From contig CAZKRD010000001.1 of assembly GCA_964555185.1 (NCBI GenBank), positions 303,272-367,271 of the forward strand: 64,000 nt of DNA, written 5' to 3'. Positions within the stretch are counted from its first letter, which is position 1. Each line of letters begins with the position of its first letter. Source of the DNA: an uncultured Candidatus Saccharibacteria bacterium (GTDB lineage: Bacteria; Patescibacteriota; JAQUNI01). Positions 1 to 9,486 of the stretch are shown here, piece by piece. Under the pieces are notes generated by a model. It was not told the DNA's origin, made no database searches, and saw nothing but the letters and a program-made list of their open reading frames with translations. The translations under genes and the position numbers were made by a program.

Positions 1-2
1 TC

Positions 3-371
3 GCAAAGACTCTGCTCGTCCAGGCGGATCGCGATTTTGTTTTCGCGGTTGTCCCCGGACACAAGTATTTAGATGTTTCTAAGTTAAAAAAACTGATTAA
101 CTTAGAGAGGAAGAAAGCGGGAGAGGCGCCGGTTAAGAAATTAAATATCGCAACCGAAACTCAAATCAAAAGAAGCATTACCAAGAAAGTGGGAGCACTG
201 GTGCCCTTTGGTTCGCTTTATCGCAAGCAGACTTATGTTGATCGCCTGCTTCTTAAAAATAAAAAAGTCATTTTGAACGCGGGCAGTTTTGAGGAGTCAA
301 TAAGGATCACTACTTCAGTTTACAGGAAAGTAGAACAGCCTATCGAAGGATCATTTTCTAAAATAAAATAA
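3..371 (+). CDS. YbaK/ProX-like aminoacyl-tRNA deacylase domain protein (5' partial; the frame is open from base 3)
   Basis: The frame translates from base 3 as ...GALVPFGSLYRKQTYVDRLLLKNKKVILNAGSFEE... The GALVPFG and VxLNAGS motifs are typical of YbaK-type deacylases. The start lies upstream of the window. Confidence 0.5.
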   Translation, partial: AKTLLVQADRDFVFAVVPGHKYLDVSKLKKLINLERKKAGEAPVKKLNIATETQIKRSITKKVGALVPFGSLYRKQTYVDRLLLKNKKVILNAGSFEESIRITTSVYRKVEQPIEGSFSKIK

Positions 372-418
372 AAAAGCTTCGTGAGCGGGTTAAAGAACAT
401 ACTCTTAAGCGAAGCTGG

Positions 419-1132
419 ATGAATATGTCCGAATATCATTGCGCGCTGCCGGAATTCCAAGGGTCTTTGGATTTGTTGCTGCGGTTAATCCAGGAAGAGA
501 AGTTGAATATCACAGACATTTCCCTGGCCCAAGTTTCTTGCCAGTATTTGGATTACATCGAAAAAAACAAAGTTGATCCGGAAAGTATTTCGGATTTTTT
601 AGTAGTGGCCGCGAAACTTTTGTTACTCAAATCTCGAGAGATTCTACCTGATTTGGAATTGAACCCAGAGGAAGAGGAGGGGATCGAAGATTTAAAACAG
701 AGACTTTTGGAATATCAGAAGTACAAATCATTGAGTTTGGAATTGAGGAAGCTCGAGAAGAGGGGGGAGTATAGTTTATTGCGAGAGGTCTGGTTTTGCG
801 AGAGGAAGGGGTTTTTGCCGCCGGCTAAAATATCCAAAGAGGACCTCCAGAAGATTTATGGAAGTATTTTAGCCCAGTTCCCGGATCAGCGGGAGTTGGA
901 AAGGAAGGCGATAGCTTCCAGATTAGCGCTTCGAGAAAAAATTACTTTGATCCGTGATGTATTAAAAAGGAGGGTAGAGGCAGGATTTTTGCAGTTAAAC
1001 CAAAGAGGGGATAAGGAGGGAGCGGTGGTTACTTTTTTAGCGCTTCTGGAGCTTTTAAGGAAGGGTGAGATTTTTGTCGAGCAGAGAGGCCGTTTTCAAG
1101 ATATTATGATTAGCAGAGAGGGGAGTCGTTAG
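419..1132 (+). CDS. scpA: Segregation and condensation protein A (kleisin ScpA)
   Basis: 237 aa. The N-terminus FQGSLDLLLRLIQEEKLNITDISLAQVSCQYLDYI matches the ScpA signature. An ATG is followed by a second ATG two codons later. Confidence 0.7.
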   Translation: MNMSEYHCALPEFQGSLDLLLRLIQEEKLNITDISLAQVSCQYLDYIEKNKVDPESISDFLVVAAKLLLLKSREILPDLELNPEEEEGIEDLKQRLLEYQKYKSLSLELRKLEKRGEYSLLREVWFCERKGFLPPAKISKEDLQKIYGSILAQFPDQRELERKAIASRLALREKITLIRDVLKRRVEAGFLQLNQRGDKEGAVVTFLALLELLRKGEIFVEQRGRFQDIMISREGSR

Positions 1133-1346
1133 TCCCCTGCCCCAAGCTTAAAATTTTTTTGCTTTGTTTTAATTAAATTTAAATTGCAATTTTGACCCCT
1201 AAATTGCAAATTTTTTGTATTTGTTGTAGATTAATCTCTGGTTCAAGTTATAATTTTATTCGTTTAAATTCGTTAAATCCGCGAAATTTTGTTTATATTT
1301 TGATTGATTTGAGGGACGGATTTACAAAAAGATAAGGATAAAGTTT

Positions 1347-2492
1347 ATGCGAAAAACACTGTTTATTACCACCATTTATCCGCCAAGCATAGGGGGGATT
1401 GAGCTCTGTCTTTATAATATTATTAAGAGGCTGCCGGAGGGTAAGGCAGTGGTTTTGACCAAGAAGGCAAAGAGGAGCTTCACTTTTGATCAAAGAGAGG
1501 ATTATCCGATTTACAGAAGGAGACTGGAGCTTCCGTATTTGAAACCGCGCTGGTTATTCTCCCCTATCTTGGCACTGCCAATAGCTTTAAAAGAAAAAGT
1601 GAAATCCGTGCAGGCGGCGCACGGCTTTGCCTCTTATTTTGCCGCTTTTTGGCTTTGGAAACTCCTAGGTCTTCCTTATTTTGTCTGGGCTTATGGCTTG
1701 GATATTTTATCAATGCGGAAATCCTGTCTTGTCTCTTGGTGGGTTAAGAGGATTTACAAAGGGGCAGAGGGCGGTGTTGCTAACAGTAATTTCACGAAGG
1801 GATTGATGATTGAGATGGGTTTAGAAGCTTCCAAGATTCGCGTGGTTTATCCAGGGGTTCAAAGTGATGATTTCAAGCCTGGTCTTCCAAAGAGAGGCGT
1901 ATTTCAGAAATATAATATTCCGGAAGGGAAAAACATCTTGCTTTCCGTTTCACGCTTGGTTTCACGCAAGGGTTTTGATTTGGTAATTCGGGCTTTGCCA
2001 GAGATTTTAAAAAAGTTCCCTAACACGGTTTATCTAATTGGCGGTCGGGGACCAGACAGTGAAAGGCTGCGCGTTTTGGCCGCCAAGAATTCTCTGGTTA
2101 AAAAGGCGGTTCGTTTCTTAGGGTTTGTTCCTGATTATGATTTAGCTTCCCTTTATAATCTAGCTTCGATTTTTTTAATGCCTTCGCGATTTATAAAAAA
2201 GCATGGTGACGTAGAGGGGTTTGGTATGGTTTTTTTAGAAGCAGGCGCCTGCGGGCGCCCGGTTATAGGCGGCAGGTCTGGCGGCATTCCGGAAGCAATT
2301 GTAGACGGGGAGACAGGATTTTTGGTTGACCCAAGGGATCCTCGTGATCTAGCAGATAAAGTGATAATGCTTTTAGGAGATTCTAATTTGCGCAAGAGAA
2401 TTGGTCAGGCAGGACGGGAAAGAGCAGTTTTAGAATTTAACTGGGATAAGATTGTTCGAAATTTCCAATTTCCAATTTCCAATTTCCATTGA
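1347..2492 (+). CDS. Glycosyltransferase, GT1/GT4 family (GT-B fold)
   Basis: 381 aa with the C-terminal motif EGFGMVFLEAGACGRPVIGGRSGGIPEAIVDGETGFLVDP typical of GT4 retaining transferases. The last 12 codons run into a heptamer tandem repeat (aatttcc). Confidence 0.8.
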   Translation: MRKTLFITTIYPPSIGGIELCLYNIIKRLPEGKAVVLTKKAKRSFTFDQREDYPIYRRRLELPYLKPRWLFSPILALPIALKEKVKSVQAAHGFASYFAAFWLWKLLGLPYFVWAYGLDILSMRKSCLVSWWVKRIYKGAEGGVANSNFTKGLMIEMGLEASKIRVVYPGVQSDDFKPGLPKRGVFQKYNIPEGKNILLSVSRLVSRKGFDLVIRALPEILKKFPNTVYLIGGRGPDSERLRVLAAKNSLVKKAVRFLGFVPDYDLASLYNLASIFLMPSRFIKKHGDVEGFGMVFLEAGACGRPVIGGRSGGIPEAIVDGETGFLVDPRDPRDLADKVIMLLGDSNLRKRIGQAGRERAVLEFNWDKIVRNFQFPISNFH

Positions 2493-2573
2493 ATTTCCAA
2501 TTTCCAAACATTTACCTTTTCAGCAGTCTAGAAAATTGGAAATTTACGATTGATCGAGTAATTATTTTTAATT
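2455..2573 (+). repeat. Heptamer tandem repeat (aatttcc, 6 or more copies) spanning the GT1 stop, with inverted words downstream
   Basis: aatttccaatttccaatttccaatttccattgaatttccaatttccaaac ... gaaaattggaaattt. It encodes the protein C-terminus ...RNFQFPISNFH. Confidence 0.6.
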
Positions 2574-3899
2574 ATGAAGTCTATTTTATTCCTCGCCTAC
2601 TATTATCCTCCGGTTAACAATGCCGGCACCCAGCGGATTGAAAAGTTTGCAAAATATCTGCCTGGTTTTGGTTTTAAGCCGATTATTTTAACCACGTTTC
2701 ATTTTTTAAACCCCTATCGGTCTTTGAAGACCTTTCGCTTGAGTCTGAAAGCTCCAAAGTTAGAGCCGGGTGAAGGATTCGTTTATCGCGCTGGTGAGCT
2801 GCGCAATATTATAAGGAGCGGGGGAGAACAGTCTAAAGATATTTCCGGTTATTCGGAAGACAGAGGAGGGTTTTGGAAAAAAAGGGTCAAAAGCTTTTTC
2901 AAGACTTGGCTTTTGATTCCTGACTCAAAAATAACTTGGCTGCCTTTTGCTTTTTTAAAGGCCCTGTGGATAACTCGAAAGCAGAGAGTAGAGTACATTG
3001 TTTCCTCTTTCCCGCCAGCCAGCTCTCACCTTTTGGCTTTGATTTTGAAGAAATGTACTTACTTAAAATGGATTGCTGATTTTCGGGACGGCTGGTGTCT
3101 TGATCCTTTGGATCCTGCTCTCGCCCACTCCCCCACTCGCCTATTCCTAGATAAAATTTTAGAGAGACTGGTTGTTAAAAACTGTGATAAGATTTTGGTT
3201 ACTTCGCCCGCAGTGGGGGAATATTTTAGGGCAAGCGGCAAAGTAGAACTTCTGACTAATGGTTTTGATCGAGATGATTTTATCACTGCCAGAAAAAATT
3301 TAGCCAGATTTAAAAATTTAGAAAAATACTTTGTGATTTCTCATACCGGCGCTTTTCATCTTTCCCATCCCGGCAATACGCCTGAATATTTTTTGAGCGC
3401 TCTAAAACAGGCTTTTGCAGAACATCCAGAGATGAGGCGAAGAGTTAAGGTGTTTTTCTTAGGGAATTTGACCGAGCAAGAAATTAAGCTTGCCAGCCGC
3501 ATGGGTCCAGGGGCCGCGGTTAAGGTTTTGGGCCCGCGCTCGCATCAAGAGACGATTCAATATCGTCTGATATCAGATTTATTGCTGCTTATCGATAGGC
3601 CAACCAAGAAAAAGTCCACTTACATTCACGGCAAACTTTTTGAACATTTAGCTTCCCACAAACCGATTCTGGCCCTATTGCCGCCAAAAAGCGCTTGCCG
3701 TGACTTCTTAGAAAAGCTCGGGGTCGGAGAGATCGTGGAACCCCAAGATATTGCCGGGATTGCAGAAAAAATTTACCGCCTATTTTTAGAATGGCAAAGG
3801 GGAGGGATCTTGAGATATGAGTTGACGGATGATGAACTCAAGGCCTTTGAGAGAAAGAAGCTGACCGAGAAACTAGCGAAAATTTTGAATAATTTTTAA
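2574..3899 (+). CDS. Glycosyltransferase (GT4-like N-terminal domain)
   Basis: 441 aa. The N-terminus LFLAYYYPPVNNAGTQRIEKFAKYLPGFGFKPIILT resembles the GT4-like N-domain. Confidence 0.55.
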   Translation: MKSILFLAYYYPPVNNAGTQRIEKFAKYLPGFGFKPIILTTFHFLNPYRSLKTFRLSLKAPKLEPGEGFVYRAGELRNIIRSGGEQSKDISGYSEDRGGFWKKRVKSFFKTWLLIPDSKITWLPFAFLKALWITRKQRVEYIVSSFPPASSHLLALILKKCTYLKWIADFRDGWCLDPLDPALAHSPTRLFLDKILERLVVKNCDKILVTSPAVGEYFRASGKVELLTNGFDRDDFITARKNLARFKNLEKYFVISHTGAFHLSHPGNTPEYFLSALKQAFAEHPEMRRRVKVFFLGNLTEQEIKLASRMGPGAAVKVLGPRSHQETIQYRLISDLLLLIDRPTKKKSTYIHGKLFEHLASHKPILALLPPKSACRDFLEKLGVGEIVEPQDIAGIAEKIYRLFLEWQRGGILRYELTDDELKAFERKKLTEKLAKILNNF

Positions 3900-3906
3900 T
3901 TGTTCT

Positions 3907-5349
3907 ATGTTTCGTATTTTACCTAAAACACTGTTGATTACTCTTGGCCTTGGTTTTATCTTGGCGATTCTAGCCAACATTTTCACTTGGCAGTTTTTGC
4001 TTTTGCCGCTTATGCTTATTTTAGTTTTGTGTTTTTTGGTTTTAAGTTGGTTGCGCTTGGATTATGCTCTTTATTTTTTTATTTTTGAGCTTGTCTTGGG
4101 CGGCGCTGGCGGGAGATGGCTTTCTTTAGGAAATTTTTTGTCAATCCGGATTGTTTTTTTCGCAATTTTGATTTTAGTCTGGGTTTATAAGATTTGCCGC
4201 AAGCAATTGAGCCTAAAACCGATCTTTGAAAGCAAGTTCAGCAAGTTCTTGATCATCCTCGCTTTATTCTTCCCTATCCTCTGGGGGACCCTGGGCTGGA
4301 TTTACGGGTGGCCGGCAAGGTATATTATCGGAGACGGGAATGGGTTTCTGTTCTATATTTTGTTTTTTCTTTTGATTACGGTTTTGCCGAAAGCAGAAAA
4401 GAGCAGAAAACTTGTTAAGGTCTATCTGGTTTCTATTGTTCTGATGAGTGTAATTTCAACCGCTCTTTATTTTTTGGCCGCGACAGAGATCATCAATATT
4501 TGGTTTTTAAAGCAACTGTTTCTAGGGCGGATGTTTTACGGCGGCAAGATTGGGATTATGCCGGACGGCGCTTATCGCCTATTTTTGGGCAACGGCATAT
4601 TTATTCAAAGCGGCCTTTTGATTTTAACCGCTTTACTTTTAAGCGGCTATCGATTAAGAAAGCGCGGACGGAACATTATTTTGGCCTCTATCCTTTTTGT
4701 TCATTTGGCGATTATTGCCAGCTATACTCGCGGCTTTTGGGTCGCGGTGCTTGGCGCGCTTTTATTTCTTACTCTTTGGCTTTCCTGGAAACAGAGATTA
4801 AAACTCTTAGCTGGAATTGTTGTTTTGTTTATCATCTCGGAAATTGTCTTCCAGGGTTTGTTCGGCCTTTCCTTTTTTAACTTTTTCTTTGGCCGGCTGG
4901 CCACAACCGTGAGCGTGGAGAAGGATCCAGTTTCTCTGGGTCAGCGCGTGTCCCAGATCCGGATTTTAGGCGGCGCGATTCTTCGCCGCCCTTTTTGGGG
5001 CACGGGTTTTGGCACTTATTTTCCGCTCTATCGCACCGAAGGGCTAGTAGCCGATCCTTATTCTTTTGAATTGGGTTATCTGGATATGCTGGTTAAATTT
5101 GGGATTGTTGGCTTTGTTTTCTGGGGCTTGGTGATGATCAGAATATTTTTTAAGGGAATAAAAATACTTTTGTTCAAATTTGATTTAGACAGACGAGATA
5201 GAGCAATAATGTTTGGCTTCCTATCTGGCTTAGTCGCGCTTTTGATTGTCGGCGGCACCTCGCCTTTCTTGATGTCATCCTTTGGCATTGCCCATATCGT
5301 ATTAACAATTTATTTAGTTGAACAATATGCTTCCAAGAGTGACGATTAA
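3907..5349 (+). CDS. O-antigen ligase/polymerase-like polytopic membrane protein (Wzy_C-like)
   Basis: 480 aa with more than 10 predicted TM helices. The YTRGFWVAVLGALLF segment and long periplasmic loop fit the O-antigen ligase family. Confidence 0.55.
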   Translation: MFRILPKTLLITLGLGFILAILANIFTWQFLLLPLMLILVLCFLVLSWLRLDYALYFFIFELVLGGAGGRWLSLGNFLSIRIVFFAILILVWVYKICRKQLSLKPIFESKFSKFLIILALFFPILWGTLGWIYGWPARYIIGDGNGFLFYILFFLLITVLPKAEKSRKLVKVYLVSIVLMSVISTALYFLAATEIINIWFLKQLFLGRMFYGGKIGIMPDGAYRLFLGNGIFIQSGLLILTALLLSGYRLRKRGRNIILASILFVHLAIIASYTRGFWVAVLGALLFLTLWLSWKQRLKLLAGIVVLFIISEIVFQGLFGLSFFNFFFGRLATTVSVEKDPVSLGQRVSQIRILGGAILRRPFWGTGFGTYFPLYRTEGLVADPYSFELGYLDMLVKFGIVGFVFWGLVMIRIFFKGIKILLFKFDLDRRDRAIMFGFLSGLVALLIVGGTSPFLMSSFGIAHIVLTIYLVEQYASKSDD

Positions 5350-6325
5350 TCTCCTTGGCTGGAACAGTAAAAACTATTTGAAACAAGCGATAGAATCTAT
5401 TTTAAATCAAACCTATCCTAAGATAGAGACGGTTTTTATTGATAATGGATCAAAAGATGGTTCGATTGATTTTGTGAAAAAGAATTTTCCAGAAGTGAAG
5501 ATTATTGATAACAGGGAAAATTTGGGTTATGCGCAAGGTCACAATATTGGTATTTCTAAAGCCAAGGGCAAATATGTGATTTGCGCGAATCCAGACATTA
5601 TTTTAGAAGATGATTTTGTTTCCCGGGCAGTTGAGGTTTTGGAGCAAGGTCCGCGGATTGGCGCGCTTTCGGGCAAGCTTTTGCAGATGAGAGAATATGG
5701 TATCAAGACCAATATTATTGATTCTACTGGTTTTAAGATTGTCAGGTCACGCCGCGTGATTGATCGAGGGTCAGGCGAAGAGGATCTTGGTCAATATCAA
5801 AGAAAGGAGCGGGTTTTTGGCGTTTCCGGCGCTTTGTCTGTATTCTCTAAAAAAGCCCTAGAGGATGTTAAGATCTTCAATGAATATTTTGATCCGGATT
5901 TTGAAAATTACAAAGAAGATATTGATTTATCTTGGCGCTTAAATCTCTATGGCTGGAAATGTGTTTACTCACCCAAAGCGATTGCTTACCACGAGCGGGG
6001 AACGGCTTTGGGCGCGAAAGCAAAAGGCAGTGACTTCTTGCGTGAAAAAAAGAAGCATTCTTTCCGGGCTAAATATTTTTCTTTTAAAAATCAGAGTTTA
6101 ATGCTTGCCAAGAATGATTTTTTAAGATATTATTTATTAGATTTGCCTTTTATTTTATTCTATGAGTTAAAGCGCTGGGCTTACGTGCTTTTGCGCGAGC
6201 CCAGGCTTGTTGGTTCTTTTCTAAAACTATTGAGTCAAATCCCGCGCGCTCTCAAAAAAAGGAGAGTGATTATGCGCGGGAAGAGGATCAAGCCAAGCAT
6301 GATCAGAGAATTTTTTAGGCAATAG
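5327..6325 (+). CDS. Glycosyltransferase family 2
   Basis: N-terminal GT2 fold: VTINLLGWNSKNYLKQAIESILNQTYPKIETVFIDNGSKDGS, with a DxD-like region. The ORF-track start at 5318 is TTG, so the first ATG at 5327 is used. It overlaps the upstream gene by 23 nt. Confidence 0.75.
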   Translation: MLPRVTINLLGWNSKNYLKQAIESILNQTYPKIETVFIDNGSKDGSIDFVKKNFPEVKIIDNRENLGYAQGHNIGISKAKGKYVICANPDIILEDDFVSRAVEVLEQGPRIGALSGKLLQMREYGIKTNIIDSTGFKIVRSRRVIDRGSGEEDLGQYQRKERVFGVSGALSVFSKKALEDVKIFNEYFDPDFENYKEDIDLSWRLNLYGWKCVYSPKAIAYHERGTALGAKAKGSDFLREKKKHSFRAKYFSFKNQSLMLAKNDFLRYYLLDLPFILFYELKRWAYVLLREPRLVGSFLKLLSQIPRALKKRRVIMRGKRIKPSMIREFFRQ

Positions 6326-6477
6326 AGGGAGGGTGTATGTTATGGTAGCAAAGATACTGATAGGAATTTTTCTATTGGTTTGTCTTGTTGTTTTCGTTTG
6401 GCTCTGCAGATGTTTTCCAGGGTTTATGCAGAGCTTGATGCGCATCTTGATTAGGTGAAGGAAGGAGGAAGTATCTG

Positions 6478-6687
6478 ATGAAAGTAAAGATAAAGCAGGT
6501 AGGAAAAGCGCTTTTATTTAGTTTTATTGCTTGTGTTATAGCATTTGCCTTTGCTTTAATAGTTTTGAACAGTACATGGAAAGGGGGTTTGGAAGGGGCG
6601 CTTGATTACTGTTTTGGTGAATATGGCGAGGTGATAACCTGGTGTTTAATGATAGCCACGCCTTTGTTCTTCCTGATCTCTTTATGA
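6478..6687 (+). CDS. Small hydrophobic protein (hypothetical)
   Basis: 69 aa with 2 predicted TM helices. A strong GGAGG RBS lies 8 nt upstream. Confidence 0.3.
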   Translation: MKVKIKQVGKALLFSFIACVIAFAFALIVLNSTWKGGLEGALDYCFGEYGEVITWCLMIATPLFFLISL

Positions 6688-6965
6688 CTATAGTGTTTGA
6701 TAAGCGGCTTGAGGAGAGAGCAAGGACTGCTTTGGAAGAAGATGAAGGTATTGATAAACCCATTGAGCATCCCTGACAAGAATTCCCTTTTTAGATCTAT
6801 TGTTGTATAGGTCTATTTTTTTATCCCAAATTCCCCTTTTTGACTTTTTCTCGTTTTCTTGTTATGATTTTGGTGTTAAACAAAAACCAATTTAAGAAGT
6901 GAAAATTCTTCATTTTCGCTTATATTTGAGTTCATTAAATCAAATTTTAACTAAAACACAAAAAA

Positions 6966-8345
6966 ATGCTGACCAAAACAAAGATTTGCGTCATTTTTAG
7001 CCTCTTTTCCATTTTAACCGTTCCTAAAATCAGTTTTGCTTTTGACAAGAACAACCTGCTTTCTGATTCTGAACTTTATTCCTGCAACTTAAGGAACGCG
7101 GGTTCGGTTCAACGTTTTTTAGAGTCAGAAAACAGCTGTCTTGCTTCTTATCGTGATGATGGGGAAAAGGCCTCGGAGATTATCGCTAATACTTACAATG
7201 AATACAACATCAGTACTTGCTGGATTCTGGCCACTCTTCAGAAAGAACAGTCTTTAGTTACGAGCAGGGAGGCAAGGAGTGAGCGGGCCTTGAATTTCGC
7301 GATGGGCTTTGCCTGCCCTTCCGGCGGGAACTGCGATGAGCGCTACAGCGGGTTTAAAAAGCAGGTGGAGTCAGCGGCATGGCAGATCCGCAATCGCTAT
7401 CTTGTCCACCCCGAATGGTATTCTTTCCGAAAAGGCAAGGAGACTGAGACCGAGGACGGGCATACGGTTCGTCCTGCGAATAAAGCAACAGCCGTGAATT
7501 ATAACTATACCCCGGTGGTGGGAGACGGAATAACCTCTGGCGCGAATTACAATTTTGTTCTCTCCTGGAAGAAGTGGCTCTCTTGGTTTGTGACCGTGCA
7601 TCCGGCCGGCAACCTCCTCCAGGCTTCGGGTTCCAAAGCAATTTATCTGACTGTCTATGATGATGACGAAGTAAAGAAGATGCTGATTACTAACTGGCCG
7701 GTGTTTACAGCGCGCGGCTACAGTTACCGGAAAGTAATCAAGATTGATCAGAGCGAGATTGACAGCTATAGGAATTCGAATTTAAGGATGACTTATCCCA
7801 ACGGCACCCTGATTCAGGGTTCGGGGCCGGCAATCTATGCGGTTGAGAATAACCGCCGGCGCCACATCTCAAGCTTGAATGTGATGAAACAATTAGGTTA
7901 TTCCTCGCGGGATATTAGAAAGCTTTCTGATCAGGAATTAGCGGCAATTCCTGGAGGCCCGGGGATCCTTTCTGGAAGCAAGAAGCTTGACGGCACCCTG
8001 ATTCGGACAAAAGATAATCCCGCGATCTATATTTTAGAGGACGGCAGACGGCGGCACATTGCCGAATGGAATGTGTTTAAAGCTAATGGTTATTCCTGGA
8101 GTGATGTCAGGATCATTACAGACGCGGAAATGGCGAGCTACCCGCCAGGGAAGAGCATGGATCTAGACGACGGTCTGCTGGTTAAATCTTCCGACCGGCC
8201 AGGGGTCTGGGTGGCAGAGAACGGTTTACTGCGTGCGGTTAACAACATTAATTCCTTTAATAACCTAGGTTATAGCTGGGGTTGGATCAAAACCGTGTCT
8301 AGTCAGTTTATCGACAGCGTGCCGAAGGGAGCGCCGTTGGAGTAA
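6966..8345 (+). CDS. Secreted protein with signal peptide and three tandem ~55-aa C-terminal repeats (hypothetical)
   Basis: N-terminal signal peptide MLTKTKICVIFSLFSILTVPKISFA. Repeats GTLIQGSGPAIYAVENNRRRHISSLNVMKQLGYSS / GTLIRTKDNPAIYILEDGRRRHIAEWNVFKANGYSW / GLLVKSSDRPGVWVAENGLLRAVNNINSFNNLGYSW. Confidence 0.5.
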   Translation: MLTKTKICVIFSLFSILTVPKISFAFDKNNLLSDSELYSCNLRNAGSVQRFLESENSCLASYRDDGEKASEIIANTYNEYNISTCWILATLQKEQSLVTSREARSERALNFAMGFACPSGGNCDERYSGFKKQVESAAWQIRNRYLVHPEWYSFRKGKETETEDGHTVRPANKATAVNYNYTPVVGDGITSGANYNFVLSWKKWLSWFVTVHPAGNLLQASGSKAIYLTVYDDDEVKKMLITNWPVFTARGYSYRKVIKIDQSEIDSYRNSNLRMTYPNGTLIQGSGPAIYAVENNRRRHISSLNVMKQLGYSSRDIRKLSDQELAAIPGGPGILSGSKKLDGTLIRTKDNPAIYILEDGRRRHIAEWNVFKANGYSWSDVRIITDAEMASYPPGKSMDLDDGLLVKSSDRPGVWVAENGLLRAVNNINSFNNLGYSWGWIKTVSSQFIDSVPKGAPLE

Positions 8346-8462
8346 TTACCAATTTACAAGGACCAATGTTCAATCAAATCCCAATTTTCAAATAGATTTA
8401 ATTTTCAAACAGTTTGAACATTTAGTCATTGGTTATTGAAAATTGATTGAAAATTGGAAATT
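8346..8462 (+). repeat. Heptamer-periodic palindromic upstream element (word aattttc / gaaaatt)
   Basis: ccaattttcaaatagatttaattttcaaac ... cattggttattgaaaattgattgaaaattggaaatt ends at the GT2 start. An 80-bp stretch is almost identical to part of 9333-9486. Confidence 0.6.
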
Positions 8463-9332
8463 ATGAATAATCTTTTTATTGTCATTATCAATTACAAAAC
8501 ACTGGATTTGCTCAAGCAGTGTTTAAATTCCATCTTAAAAGCTCATCCGGAACTTCTCCGCCAGATTTTGGTTATTGATAATTTTTCTCAAGACAAGACT
8601 CTTGAGATGATGGAAAAAGATTTCCCCGAGATTAAGGTTTTGGCTTCCCAGTACAACAGCGGTTTTGGCGCGGCGATTAATTGGGGAGTGAATAATGCCC
8701 CGGAAGGAGTTCGTTATTTTCTTTTCTTAAACCCGGATATTATTTTAAGGGGCCAGGCGATTAAGAAGATGGTTGAATTTATGGATGCTCATCCTAACGT
8801 CGCCTTGATTGGTCCTGGACTTTTCAATCCTGATTTGACGATTCAGAGTTCCTGCCGTCGCTTTATCAGTCCAAAATTGACTTTGTATCGTCGTACTTTC
8901 TTAGGCAGGTTTGGTTTTGCTAAAAAAGCGCTTAAGAAATTTTTAATGAAAGATATTGACCACAGCAAAGTCCAGGAGGTGGATTGGATTTTTGGCGCTT
9001 GTATGATGGTGAGAGCAGAGGCTGTTTCCGAAGTCGGCTTGATGGATGAACGTTACTTTCTGTATTTTGAAGATATGGACTGGTGCCGCCGCTTTTGGGA
9101 AAAAGGCTGGAAGGTCTGTTATTACCCAGAAGCGCAGATGATTCATTACCATCGCCGCGACAGCGCCCAGGAGTCTGGTTTTTCCGCTCTTTTCAATCGC
9201 GCGGCAAGGATCCATATCAAGAGCGCGTTTAAGTATTTTGTTAAGTACTTCGGGATTCCAAAGCCTCGGCGGGAGAAGATGAAAAAGGAAATTTTAAGAG
9301 CAAGGGTTCTCGATAAGACAGCAGAGGTATAA
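8463..9332 (+). CDS. Glycosyltransferase family 2
   Basis: NLFIVIINYKTLDLLKQCLNSI...VIDNFSQD is a GT2 N-terminus. The ORF-track start at 8454 is TTG, so the ATG at 8463 is used. Confidence 0.75.
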   Translation: MNNLFIVIINYKTLDLLKQCLNSILKAHPELLRQILVIDNFSQDKTLEMMEKDFPEIKVLASQYNSGFGAAINWGVNNAPEGVRYFLFLNPDIILRGQAIKKMVEFMDAHPNVALIGPGLFNPDLTIQSSCRRFISPKLTLYRRTFLGRFGFAKKALKKFLMKDIDHSKVQEVDWIFGACMMVRAEAVSEVGLMDERYFLYFEDMDWCRRFWEKGWKVCYYPEAQMIHYHRRDSAQESGFSALFNRAARIHIKSAFKYFVKYFGIPKPRREKMKKEILRARVLDKTAEV

Positions 9333-9486
9333 TTTTCAATTTTCAAATCTCAATTTTCAATCAAGTCCCAATTTTCAAATAGATTTAATTTTCAAACCTG
9401 CGAAAATGGTTTTGTTTGAAAATTTATTCATTGGTTATTGAAAATTGATTAGTAAATTGGTACTTGAAAATTGAAAATTAACTAAC
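9333..9486 (+). repeat. Heptamer-periodic palindromic upstream element (aattttc repeated at least 6 times, then gaaaatt 4 times)
   Basis: aattttcaattttcaaatctcaattttcaatcaagtcccaattttcaaatagatttaattttcaaac ... ttgaaaattgattagtaaattggtacttgaaaattgaaaatt. Confidence 0.6.

Noticed and set aside
4500-4880. 126-aa + strand ORF in an alternative frame inside the O-antigen-ligase-like gene
   Set aside because: It is fully nested inside a long ORF with consistent TM periodicity, with no RBS; it is spurious.
6342-6458. 38-aa hydrophobic mini-ORF (MVAKILIGIFLLVCLVVFVWLCRCF...) with an upstream GGAGGG
   Set aside because: It is plausible as a small membrane peptide, but it is too short to support without conservation or ribosome profiling, so it is not called.
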